From Raillietiella orientalis (Eukaryota): a stretch of DNA of 64,000 bases. The notes beneath the pieces are model-generated. The model searched no databases. It was not told where the DNA came from and saw only the letters and a list, made by a program, of their open reading frames with translations. The stretch is taken from contig JAYWIR010000023.1 in the NCBI GenBank assembly GCA_036172245.1, positions 1,736,001 through 1,800,000 of the forward strand, read 5' to 3'. This document shows, in pieces, positions 40,721 through 53,114 of the stretch; the stretch's first letter is position 1; every line of letters begins with the position of its first letter. A program made the position numbers and the translations under genes.

Positions 40721-43700
40721 TAGAAGGACTTGTAACTTTCCTTTTTCTTTCTATATCTATGCTTGTTTCAAGACTGTTATGGAGTTCTAGGATGATGAAA
40801 TTGCAGAAAAACGGTCAGAAATTATTGCCCTATTTTATTGTATTATAGTATTGACATAAAGAGAAAATTACTGCCATACCTATGATATACAAATGAGTAT
40901 TTGTGGGATGCATTAAATTATTCAGCATTATAGATTACTGATGGAGAAGAACATACCATTTTTTTTGCAAAACTCTTGATTAAGAAACATTTAGAAAGTG
41001 TAATTGTTCTGTAAAAAAAAAAAAAAAAGGAGACAATAAAAATAATAATGAGGATAAATTTCTGAAAGATTTCTAAACAACTGTAACAAATAAAATCCCC
41101 AAGTGGCTATTAACAAATTCCAAGGACTTTTTCAAGTCACAGGATTAAAAGGTGTTCTAGCACAAACTGAATTTTCAAAGTGACTGCTTTTAGATCACAA
41201 ATATGAATGCACATTCCCTTTACAATTTCTTAGAAAAAAAAAAAAAAATCTGATCGTTTCTTCCTTGAGTCAAACATTCAAATTTATGTTGATTGCAATC
41301 AGATATTTTTATGTCCTTGATTAACTCTAAAAAAACTTTTGCCCATATCAACAATTCTCTTGACTATGCTGACTCCATGCATGCACACACATGCAACACA
41401 AATGCATAACAGATGGTAGCTTACAAATGCTTGTCTAGCAAAAGCATTAGACAAAAGTCACACACCAAAGTAACCTCACAAATTTGGCTAGCTGCAACTA
41501 GAAAGATGTTTCTCATGAATAATCAGTATCAAAAACAAGGTGCATCTACATAGCTAATTTCTGAAAATAGGTTTTGGAATACACAACATACACATCAGTT
41601 TTGTATTCCATCACCCACATAAAGAGAATAATATGTATCTTAAGGTATGACTTCTTACATACAACAATAAAGCAAGATTGGCCTGAAAATACGCACAGTC
41701 AACATACTCACTTATAATGAATAAGGTGGATATTTCTGAAAATCATTTACAGCATGAAGGTACTGCATTTACATTACCAATTAAAAAAGGAAAATCAATT
41801 ACACTACACACATAAATATTTGCTTGCCTTCCCTTCTTCATGTGTTAAAAATACTGAAAGGCACCCTTCTTGGGATATCTATTCATCAGCTGCGTTTTTT
41901 TTTCTTTTTGAACCTCAAATACTAAAAATTATAAATATTACTGATAAAGCATTTTCCACAGGCAACATTCAGTTTTAACTCCATACGCGACAGTTCTGCA
42001 TATTAATTTACATTCCAAGATTAATTGACGCAAATCAGTATAAACCATTAAGCCTTTAATTCTGACATCCTAATGTAAGATATATGATACATCTTCACCT
42101 ACTAACAATCACAACAATGTAGGACATCCCACCGTAAACTGCAGGTTTATCGCTGAAGAGGCACATGAAAAGACATCAACATACACGCACATTTTCTGCA
42201 ATTATTTGCCAACAGCACTGCTTTATTCATACAACTTCCTTGACTGGAGGTTGCGAAGAGAACAACAAAAGTTTACAGCAAACCTTTCATGCTGAAGTTT
42301 TAATCCATGCCGATAATACGGCTACACGCACTTCGCTGAACTTTGGATTGTCAAATTTGGTGATAGCAGCGCGTTTCCAGCATCCCAGAACTGCGTTTCT
42401 CTTCATGAATTAAGAGAGCAGTGTTGCAATCAATTCTCTTTAAAAATCATTGCCAAAAATGAAGTACTTTTAAACTTCTGTCTGACGAAACACCGCTTTG
42501 AGATCACCAGATTTTAAAGCCATTAATTATTAAAAAAAAATGCCAAAACACGTTCGTTTTACAAAATAGTCAACATGATTGGCTTATTATTTGATATTTC
42601 AAAGTACTACATTCACCTCGAAGACATTTGCACCCACATTTGCACACTCAACTGTATCCCACACTGGAAGCTCTGTGTTGCGTCTTGAAACCTCTTTACT
42701 CCAGTCTAGTATCCAAAAAGATCCCATTCATGTATGTCTGGCTCCAATTATTCAAAAAGAAAATTCTAACTACTCATGACATTTATTCTTCGTTGGACAA
42801 TTGGTAAAAGTGATATGCTTACGAACCTTGTAATGATACGTCTGCATACTTGGATACTTAATTGAAAGCATAATATATGATTGCAATAATATACAGAATC
42901 TCGGCAATCTGCTTAAACCTTCTCTTCAAAAGTTTAGTCCACGATCCTAGCAATAATATATCAGATTACATGCTTTAGGCTGGAAAACTATTCAATAATA
43001 AAGGTTTTAGTTTTCTTTATAGATACAACAGGCTTCACTAGTGCAAGAGCAGGAACTGGACTTTCCTAATCACCTTATTAAGAAGTGGCTTCGAATTTTA
43101 ACTTGGTTCAATGAAGTAGAAGCAAAGTTTTACTAGATGAATGGTTTTCTTACTATAACATAAATGAAGACGAGGTCTGAGGACCTATAAATGAATTATT
43201 TTGTTTTTTTTTTTCTGCATTCTTCTCAATATGCATTGCATTTTTCTCAAGGATTTGAAAGCTTAAAACCACGTCCCAAGAACGAGCAGAGGATGCAATA
43301 AAATAAAAGAGCGAACTGGAACCGAATGGTTTGAACAAATGTTAACTAAACAGACAAAGGATGTTTGTTAAACAAATTGAAATTCACAGATCTAAGCCAG
43401 AGACTATCGTATTCGTTAAGTTCGCAGTTTACAAAAACGTATGTTTACGACAAGGATACCTTGAAAGAAAAACTGAAGCTCGCATTTCAAGCATAATTCT
43501 AAGCTTTTAGCATGAGTTTAGAATTTACATGCAAAACCTTGTTAGCATTTGTTAAATAGAAAAAGATCAATTCAAATTCTGGTATTGAAACCGAGGGAAC
43601 TAACGAGTTTATTTGTAATGTGAGCAGTCTTGTGATGGGGAATGATCCCTCGATGTCATTATAGAAAATTGATAAATATTACTAATATAAACAAAAAATA

Positions 43701-45179
43701 AGGCCTTTTAAGGGAATATCAAAAGTATTTTGTTCACTATGCGCTTTCAGATATATTAAAGTGACTGCTTCTTAGAAAATGAATAATGGTGATATGCCCA
43801 GCTTATGCTATCGTTTTATAGCATCTCCTTTACAGACAATTAATCCTGATATTCCTTCATACTGTAGTGCAGTGCTTTTCCCCGCATCTACGAATGTGTA
43901 GATCAGCATCCAAATTTCAATCAGCAAACATAGCTTAATGAGGCTTAAACATACATTAAAATAAGAAGCAGAAGTACCATATAAAGAGAATACTACAAAA
44001 CCAACCAGACTCGCCTTGCCAAATGTACTTTTGTTATTCCGTACGTTTTCCATTCTCACAAGATAAGATTTCCATTTTATACATATATTTTTCAAACTGA
44101 AAAGTAAGTGTTAATTTTTTACGCATCAGACTCCAGCAAAATATTAGTAATGTCACTTGTTTTGATGCATGGACTACCGAGCATAAACTGGCTCTGGAGC
44201 TTTCGTGATTCAAAAATTATGGTCTTTTTGTTATAATGCGTGAAATATCTTGATGAAAAATGCTTACTACAACCTGAGCATCAAACTTTGCGACGGAGCT
44301 TTCTCACTGCTGTTGTTCGGGAAAAACCCTCATCCTTCAAGAGATCTATGCTGAAGATGTATTTTAGAATACCAAATGATGTTCATTTCCTTGTAAAAAT
44401 AGCTGCACTAGATTCATACTGTCTGTTTAAAAAAACAACTATAAATTAATTTCGATCTTGAAGCTATGAATTTTTCAACAATCCGTATTTTGTTTGAAGC
44501 ATTACAATTTGTTTGTGATCCTAAAGACTGCTACAGATACACTTTAGTATTCCATTAGTGATAAAGCGGATATTTCGTGAATCAATTTCCCCTGATAAGA
44601 AGCCATCTGTTTCCATTCTTTCCCTCATTTAAACCTTTTTAGCATTTCATTCATGCTCCCAAATTACGTGTATCTGATTTCTGCAGCAATTCATTTGGAA
44701 GCTTGATTCCTAGAACGCACTCCATCTAGAGTCACAAGCATCATCAACATGAAAAAAAAGCAGTTGTCGTTTCGCACCGATGCTGAAGGGGTATGCAATA
44801 AAAGTGAATGATTTTGTAGTACAGTGCCACTTCACGTGTGCAGAATTTCTGCATTATGAAATTCTGTCTGCGTGTTTCTCCTTTATTGGATTGCTTTCTT
44901 GTTCACACTGCATGATGTCTCTTGAAATATGGAAGACATAATAAACTCAATAACTTCAGGATCATATAAAGCACTTGCTTTGAATTTCATTTTGCCAAGA
45001 ATCTCTTTTGCTACTGTTCTGAAAGTTGTCACTGTTGCTATGAGAGAAGTTTTGCATGTTGATACATCATCTCATCATCATGCATTCCTCAGTGAGGGAA
45101 AGATCAGTCCATTAGCTGAAACATCTCTTAAACAAACCTTTTTGATGCCACAAAGATGAGGAACTTTGAAGCAATCTAA

Positions 45180-45920
45180 GGCAGCAAGTATGCAAGTTAC
45201 ATCTGAATAGATAAAAACCACATAAAATTCCCGGTACTAATGATAAATGAATGGAAATGCAGGGAACACCGAGAAGCATAATTTTGCTTACATTTAAGTA
45301 ACTCATCATCCGCCTCTGGAGTTTATTTTCGACTCTGCAACTATTTGACTGACTAAAAGCACTGACCATTTCTAAAATGATTTTTGTTAAAATTACTGGC
45401 AATGCGATTCCAGATGAAGAGCTACTGCCACCATAAGACTGGCAAACACTCTCTTCAGTTTAGCGATCGAAGAAAGAACATTTTGACATTCGCAATAGAA
45501 GCAGTCATTGCTTAATATCATACACAACACATCATTAATCAGAGTGAACCCACATACAAATTGTTTCGTTTCTATTGAATTCATTTTAAGTAGCACTCAT
45601 AAATTCCTTGTTGGTTGCAGGATCCGGTGATACATATCTGCAGAATACATGAATATAGTGACAAGGTCATTAACGATCACCAAGGTCCTACCCTCAGCGT
45701 TGCACTTGATCCTAAACAGCAATATTTGTTCCAGCTGCGATGGTACAGTACGGATGTGACCTAAGTACTCCTGAGTACTCGTCCAGATGGACTGTTGTTC
45801 CAAAAAGTAATGATCGCCGATCTCCTACTTTGTGCAGAATTTGCTGGTATCCCAATAAATTCATTGTTGGAATTCTCCTTCTGTGTATTCTTCTTCTGTG
45901 CTTGGATCGTAACACAAGTT
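45180..45920 (-). mobile_element. Degenerate BEL/Pao LTR-retrotransposon integrase remnant
   Basis: Ordered, frameshifted peptides LLGYQQILHKVG, KQFVCGFT, KRVFASLMVAVALHLE and VPGILCGFY resemble the BEL/Pao motifs YH..LLH.G, RPF..CGVD, LFTCL.TRAVHLE and APWWGGFYE. Many stops. Confidence 0.4.
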
Positions 45921-48900
45921 GATTTGATTTCCCGAGATGTTAGTTTCCTAGTCATTGGACATCATTCTTTGAAACTTGAAAACTTTACTGTAAGGATTAC
46001 GTTCATATACGTCTCGCATATTTTTGCTATCTATCGTCCTAGGCTCGCATTTGTGGTGTGGCATCAGCTTGAACTTCAGCTCATCACGTTGCTTATCCCA
46101 CAAATTCAGTCAGAGAGAGGACAGGTCAAAGCAAGTCTTCGACAATTTTACCAAACCCACTTCCATCAGTGGTCCCTCGACTGAAGAGGAAGTTCACGTA
46201 GCAACCGTGAGACATGGATTGCCCTCCCCTTGACAGTGACACAGCCTTGCCCATATGGCTACAGTTCCAATCGGAAAAGTCTGCTACAGAGGCTCCCAGC
46301 CGTGCTAAAGACGGTCATTTGATGTTTCTCGAAGCTTCTGAATCTACAGTTCCTGCTCGGCCATAGATGACGTCTCCTCATCTCCACGTCCGCACTGGTT
46401 GTTCATCCCACTGAGTGATCGAATCAGAAGTTCTGTTTGAATAGTAGGAAGTTTTTGCATTCGTTCAAGATGAGGAGAATGAGAAAGAGACTATGGAAAG
46501 CGAGATGGGAGAAAGCCTGGATCCAGAAAGAAAGAACATAGCGACCTACTCGTACAGTCGACAGGAAGATATCGAGATTTCCTCAGGGAAGAAGCGATAT
46601 TTTCATAGGACCTCAGCACTTCTCCGCCTTGACCAGATGAGAGGGAGTGCAAGTCACGCCACAGGACATTGTTTTCGTGATTGTTGGTATGGAGATTATC
46701 GCCGTTCAGGAAAGCAGCCCCAAATTAAGGACCACATTGCAACGAACTAGAGGTGGAAGATCACACTTGGCATTTTCCCGAATTGTCATCAGCTGGCTGA
46801 TTTTGGGGATTAACCCGAGATAGAGTTGTCTAGAACATCCCATCACAGCGAGCCCTACATTGGAAAAGACAAACTCGAGAAGTGGATAAAGAGAAACTGG
46901 TCGGCAGTTCCTGTTTCGCCTGTCTAGGAAGCGCGTCCTGCTGGTACAAAAACAAAGAGCCACCATACCCATGTGTCACGTCCAATGGGTGTGTGCATAT
47001 GTGTTCTTTTTAAAGGATTGTAGTCATGATGATAATGATGCTACGTTTATTGAGGTTGCCTATCGGTGACGAAAGACGACTCCACTTCTGAGAAGACAAG
47101 ATGAAAGCCACGAAGAAGCCCGAAAGTTTCCTAGCGAAGTCTCGCTGATCCTCACAAAGGGGATGGAAAAGAAGACTGAAGACTCGGAGTATGCTTTGTT
47201 GTCTCCTCGTGAGTTCTTGAGACTATCTCTTTCCTACATCACCCTGGAATCCCATCTGACGGGGACAACATCGTTACAACGGCTATTTTGCGTCCAAGCG
47301 AGCAGAAAGCGAGCAGCTCCAGTCCCATCATCCGGGAGGTCTGTTGAGGTTCCAGGACTTTCCATCGCTTCTGCCAACACTTTCCAGAAAGGAGGAGAAG
47401 GGAGAAAGTTGCATGCAGAGGCGATCGTCGAGATGAAAGTGCATGTTCTCTTAGAACAGGTAAGATCCCATGTCTCTCGACAGGGCAATAATGCGAGATA
47501 GGGACTAGACTTGGGTGTGCTGGTTGTGCTCTTCTTCGCCTATTGAGGAGAGGCACCTCCTGTAGTACTCAATACCAAAGTGAAGGACTCGAAACCGGAA
47601 ACAAGTCTAAAATTTCAATCATTCCCTTAGAAATGAAGATGACAGAAGACTGAGGAAGAAATCTCAGAGGGAAAGATGTATCTGGATTCTCTGTCTTCTA
47701 TTTTAAGAAAATGGAATCTTTTCAGAAAACTCATCTGGTGATTCAAACGGTATCTTAGAGGAAATTTATCCGCCAATCATAGGTCTAACATGCTGTCCAA
47801 GAAAATTCGAAGTTTCCAAATTTTAACATGTTTACGGGCCTCTCGACTTTACTGCTTGAGAATCACAATTTGAATTCTTTCCAGCTGTGCACAGGGACGA
47901 TCTCAGAAGTACCGATTTCAGAAGAATGGAACTTCAAGATAGACTCCAGTTCCCAGTGTTGTAAAGGGATACTGATGTTCAGATGCTCCCCGTATGAACT
48001 ACTTCAATTGTATTTACACATTGCACAATGAACACTTATCTTTGAAAAATACAATAAATTACAATTCAGTTTATCCCCTATAGAATCAGTCATTATTTGT
48101 TAATATGTTTATATATATTAACGAACACTCTTATGGGCTGTATTGCACTCCAGAGAAAGTTTTCTGTTAGTGTAAAAATACTCAGCAAAACGCGTGCATT
48201 CCAATGAGTTAATTTTCACAAAGTGTATGGTGTTTTAAATTTGTGATGTAAAGCATGAGACATCTGTTCAGTTGTTTAGAATAAGGGGAATTGCATTTTG
48301 AAAATTTCTTTCTTTCTCTACAACAAAAAGCAAAGCGACTGTCCCTCGATAAAGGGAGCATATGGTTCCAAAACGTCTTCTCATTTCCTAAATTCACCAT
48401 GAATACTTCAATATGAACACTAAATTCAACACTTCAAAACAAGACAGCCTTATTCAGCACAATTCTTCATGCCATCAACTGAATAGCAAATTATTATACC
48501 TTTCAACGGTCAAAATATCACTTGTTTATTCATCACTAAGTAGATCCCACCTTATATTAATCCTAGCAAAAAATGACTTCAAGAAACATCTAAAGTAAAC
48601 TTTTGTCAAGTTTCTCACTCTATTTGTTCTTTTACAACATCTCTAATTCTTGATTCTTACGAGTAGGAATATTATTTCACTTAATTTCCCATTAATTTTG
48701 CGTTAAAAACCTGGCATGCCTATGCGAACGGCAAAATATAAAATCTTGAATATGCATAGCTGAGTTTAGACACTCGTTTGTGGCGTAGTTTGCGTGGTAC
48801 ATGTGAGTTTGAAGAGGTGTTCAGTGTGAAAGTGTTGTGTTGTGTACAACGCACCCCGCTCTAGCGCCCATTTAAAGTTAACAGATTGGAGTATAGTGTT

Positions 48901-50547
48901 ACACCTAACAACAATCGAAGTGTTCATCTCCAATGTTCACATTCTGAAAAGTTGCGGCAGATAATTTCTTCTGCTGAATCCAGTCTGCGAAGATGCGTGA
49001 GACCTCTTTGAAATCGAAAGCAAATCATTAATTCAAGAGCTATGAGAAAGAACTTCAAGAAGCTTTTAGATCCCTAGCGTGCAACGCTGTTTGACGTGTG
49101 AAAGTCACGAAGTGTGTTCTTGCGCACGTCTGTATAATGCTAGTAATTTCAGCTGTTTATGATGCACAGGTAAAATCTCTGGCCGTCACACAATTCACAG
49201 TCTTGTTTCCAGTAGAGCATTATTTGTGAGGGCATTTGGGAACACTTTCATTGCGAACGATTATCCTTAACGTCTTCACGACACAGTCGTAACCTCATAG
49301 ACAGTGATGGGTTGTTTTTTGCTTTGCTAGTGCGTGTTTCCTTTGCAGTGTTGCACTGGCATTCAGGAATTGCCTTTGTTCGACGGAATGTTGTGGTTGT
49401 ACGTAAAAAGCTCCACGCAGTGTTGCTGCTACAATTGTGCTCATGCGAATGTAAAGATCTGTCCTCTCAGCAACGAGGAAGTCATTTTTTTCATGAGTTC
49501 ATGATTTTCCATTTTTTAGTTTCTGCTTGCATAAAGAAGAAGCATCAGCATGCTTCGCCTCGAGCTTTGTTTCTTATCATTCGAATTGCAGTTTTGACTG
49601 AGTTTCAGTTTCGAACCATAGTATGTGTACTTAGGGATGGAACCAGCTGTTTGCCGTCTTCTCAGGTACCAAAACAGATCTGGAAGGCTCTTTGGAATTT
49701 GGAATTTACGATTGCTGTTTGCCTTCTTGGGTATTTTCCTACTATCCATTTTCGAACTGTGTTCCCTTCCTGTTTCTGTAAATATAAGTTCTGTGTTCAC
49801 TTAAATGATTCTGATATACGTGATCTAGGTGTACTATAGAATTTTGGCCCCAGCGAACACAGACAAATGGTGATTCAATTACACATTTGAAACATGCGAC
49901 CGTAAGATTATACGAATACCAGAATATTCCTTACGGGAACAACAAAAAAGTTGCTTTTCTTGAACCATGTATTATATGAAAACGATGCTATTCGAAAGAT
50001 GCGTCTTGTATGTCGCATAATAAAGGGCTTAAATCCCATTTTCATTTGAATAAATCGGTGAAGCTTAACTTATAAAACCGGAGGCCGCACAGAAAACATG
50101 TGCAACGAATGATTCATCAGTCATTAGTTATGAGTAAACCGAAAATTATTTTTTGGTTAATCCAGCCGTGTAAGAAGTCGTGCGTGACGGATTTGATCTT
50201 TGCGTGCACGTTCACTTCCGTGAATCTCGGGGAACATTCAAAAATTCATGCGTTTTCACGTTTTAAGTATAACGCTCCCAACTGGACACATCGGTGACAC
50301 AAACTTGATTCGTCAGGAATTGCTTGGGAAAATGTTTGCTTCAGATTCCAAAACAAAGGAATCCTTCGCTTGCACTTGGGGATGATCCAGCCCAAGGCCT
50401 AATGTGGCTTTGGGTTTTAAAAAGTAACAACCTTGGATTGAGAATTTATTCATCAAGGTTGAAAGGGTATCGGCTTGGTTTCAAATGTGTAAAGGGAAGC
50501 AGTGCAGGCTCCGGATCGGAGTAAGTAAGGTAACCATAGTTGCTGGC

Positions 50548-50588
50548 GTGCTCGCTTTTCGGCAGCACAATGTTACCAACTTGGTCGT
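50548..50588 (+). pseudogene. U6 snRNA 5'-end-like fragment
   Basis: GTGCTCGCTTTTCGGCAGCACA versus the known U6 5' end GTGCTCGCTTCGGCAGCACA (2 extra T), with weak continuation (taccaacttggtcg versus tactaaaattggaacg). No ACAGAGA box follows, so it is not a full U6 gene. Confidence 0.4.
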
Positions 50589-51892
50589 TGATGTCACGTT
50601 ACGTTATTAATCATGCTTGCAGAAATCAGACTGTACAAAGCTCTGCGGCGCACTGTACTAATCATAATCTGAAAAACTTATTCTTGTTTTTCCTCAGTAT
50701 CTAAATAAAGAATTTTGCAATGTTTAGGTGTGAGTTCTTTGTTCTGCGAATGCAAATGTATTTTGCATGCAGCCTGCAAATTAAGTAACAACTTTAAAGA
50801 GGGGGAGGAGTTCGTCTTACATATTGAGGATATTTTTGATAGCTGTTACCTTTTACTTACAAACCTATCTGTACACATTATAAAAATACTATGCTATTGC
50901 GAAAAGCTGACGTTAGGCAGCAATATTACTAATGTCTACATTGTGATAGCATCTTCAGTTTAGCTGGGACACTTGTATGATTTGCTTACTCTTGGTTACG
51001 ATAGGCGAAAGCTTGGTTGGTGCTTCATCAGTAACAGATGGACCACAAACTCACTGCAGCTGCGCATTAGAGACGAGAAAGGCGAACTTTTAAATCACAA
51101 GACGCAAAAGATCTGGTAAAAAAAAAAAAAAAAAAAACGAGCGGCGGTCACTTCGCGCGAATGAAGTTTATCGAATGAAATTTCTTCAAGTTTGCACAAG
51201 TATTTTAAGTGACAAACTAATCTAAAGTACCGTAATTCAAAATTGCATCCACAATTCTTACAAAATAAAGTAACGCACAAGCAAAAATCAATCAACATGA
51301 AATTGCAGTACAACGACACAATGAAACTGTCACAATTCCTTTTGTATACATGCTTTTAGAATTTATCACTCACTTCGACCATAAATGATTAATAAACTAT
51401 TAACATCTTAATCAACTATGAAAGACATGTTTCCATTCTTGCTCGCAACTCGTTTTCCATTTGATTTTTATTCATTGCTTTTACTGAATTCATAAAAAAG
51501 ATATGGCAATACACCTTTACAATTGGCGATGCTTATGTGTCTGATTATTTCACCAGTTTAAGGATTCACTCACTGGAGGATTTTGCAATTACATGTACAA
51601 CCATTTATTTTCTGTGTTCAAAAGTATTGTGGTTCGTCTTGAGGGTGGACTTGTAAGTCATATTTTAATTTCAAGGTTCAACAAAACTGCCATCCAAAAC
51701 TTCCAATACATTTCTTATTAAAAAAATAATTTATCTTCCACTAAAAAAAGTTTTACACCACAAACACTGCAAAGTGTGCAACAATTAATGCAAATTTCGA
51801 GATCGAGGTTCTACCATATTAGTCAGAAATAATTGCAAACAATAAATTTCGCTTTTGGCATAAGGTACGAATAATTTATGCAAAAGTTCAAG

Positions 51893-51898
51893 TTTATT
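51893..51898 (-). terminator. Candidate TAF4 polyadenylation signal (AATAAA)
   Basis: TTTATT on the plus strand about 290 nt past the TAF4 stop; an alternative lies at 51604-51609. Confidence 0.35.
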
Positions 51899-52184
51899 CA
51901 TTTCTCTGTAATTTATATAATGTTTACGTAATTTGTCACAACATACATAGAAAATTTATCAAAAAGTAACAAGATTGATTCCCTTTATAAATTGCCACTT
52001 TGGGGGATACTGTTACTGAAAGCACTGCCCTTATGGCCTTACAGGCTTAACCACTGATCTGACATTAGTGCATGACACCACTTCATCATGTAATATTGGC
52101 AATGTAGCTTTTTGCTTCTCATCATACTTGAAAAGGAATTTGAAATGAGGCACTTTGAAGGCTTATAGAAATAAATAGCAAACA

Positions 52185-53114
52185 CTATTTGAGATAAAAT
52201 CGATAAAGGGTAGGAGTCCTAATAAATTCTCGTTCTTGTTCTAGTAAAAATAAAAGATCCCTGAGGCTAACCCTCTTGATACGGGGTCGCAATGGTAGCT
52301 GAAAAAGAACATGTAACAAAAAGCATAATGAAAATAGTCACCTGAGTCCTCTGGAAAGCAGAACCAATCAATCCACCATTTGGCTGTCCACTGCTGGACT
52401 CCACTTTGGGTTTCTTCCTTGGGCCAATTGCCTGCAATGCAGTCAAATTGGCTTCCCGTTGTCGCATTTCTTCCAGTTCAGCACGTTGCATCTGTATTTT
52501 CTAGTTGAAACAAAACTCATGTTGCTAACTTGGGTTACCTCTTTGGCTTTTGCCTTAAGTTTGGCTTGCTCAGGATCTTCAGCTTTTGAACGAGATTTGG
52601 CTGCTCTTAATAAAATCTCTCTTTCTTGTTCTTCATGCCGTTTTCTTTCCAATTTATCCAATTCTTCAAGGAATTTAAGCTGCATTTTGATATCTTGTGA
52701 TATTTCGTATTTGGGATCACCCTATAAACAAAAAATACATATGTAGGGCATGCCAAAACAACTGCACCAACCTTAAGCATTTCTAGCCTATGTCCAGCGA
52801 TAATACCTAACCTTGATACTAAACCTTTCAATAATTCTTGGGTTGCATGTGAGATTAATGTAGCTACATCTAATGGACTCTCTTCCAGACCATGTTTTCT
52901 GGCTGCCAAACTGCCAAATCAAATATGAACAAATTGACAAGACTTACTAATATCTCGAATACGATTATGTAAAGGCCCAGCAAGCAAAAAAGTCTCATCT
53001 TTACAAGATCGTATCTGAGTTCCAACAAACTCTGTAGATCCTAAAATTTTCTGAGATTCCTCTAGTAAATTGACACCACCCATTGCTGCTACATCATTGA
53101 TGTCATCATCCGCA
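52185..53114 (-). CDS. TAF4: TAF4 exons 9-13 encoding the conserved C-terminal/histone-fold region
   Basis: Motifs DDDINDVAAMGGVNL, HGLEESPLDVATLISHATQE, QLKFLEELDKLERKRHEEQEREILLRAAKSRS, QREANLTALQAIGPRKK; stop TAG at 52187-52185. Confidence 0.95.

Noticed and set aside
42200..42410. Tigger/pogo CENP-B HTH-like peptide on the minus strand (PKFSEVRVAVLSAW)
   Set aside because: Too short and interrupted; no DDE domain or TIRs seen.
48700..49840. ORF 49312..49839 and a possible hAT-like remnant on the opposite strand
   Set aside because: No recognisable domain, many stops on the minus strand, and no TIR pair.
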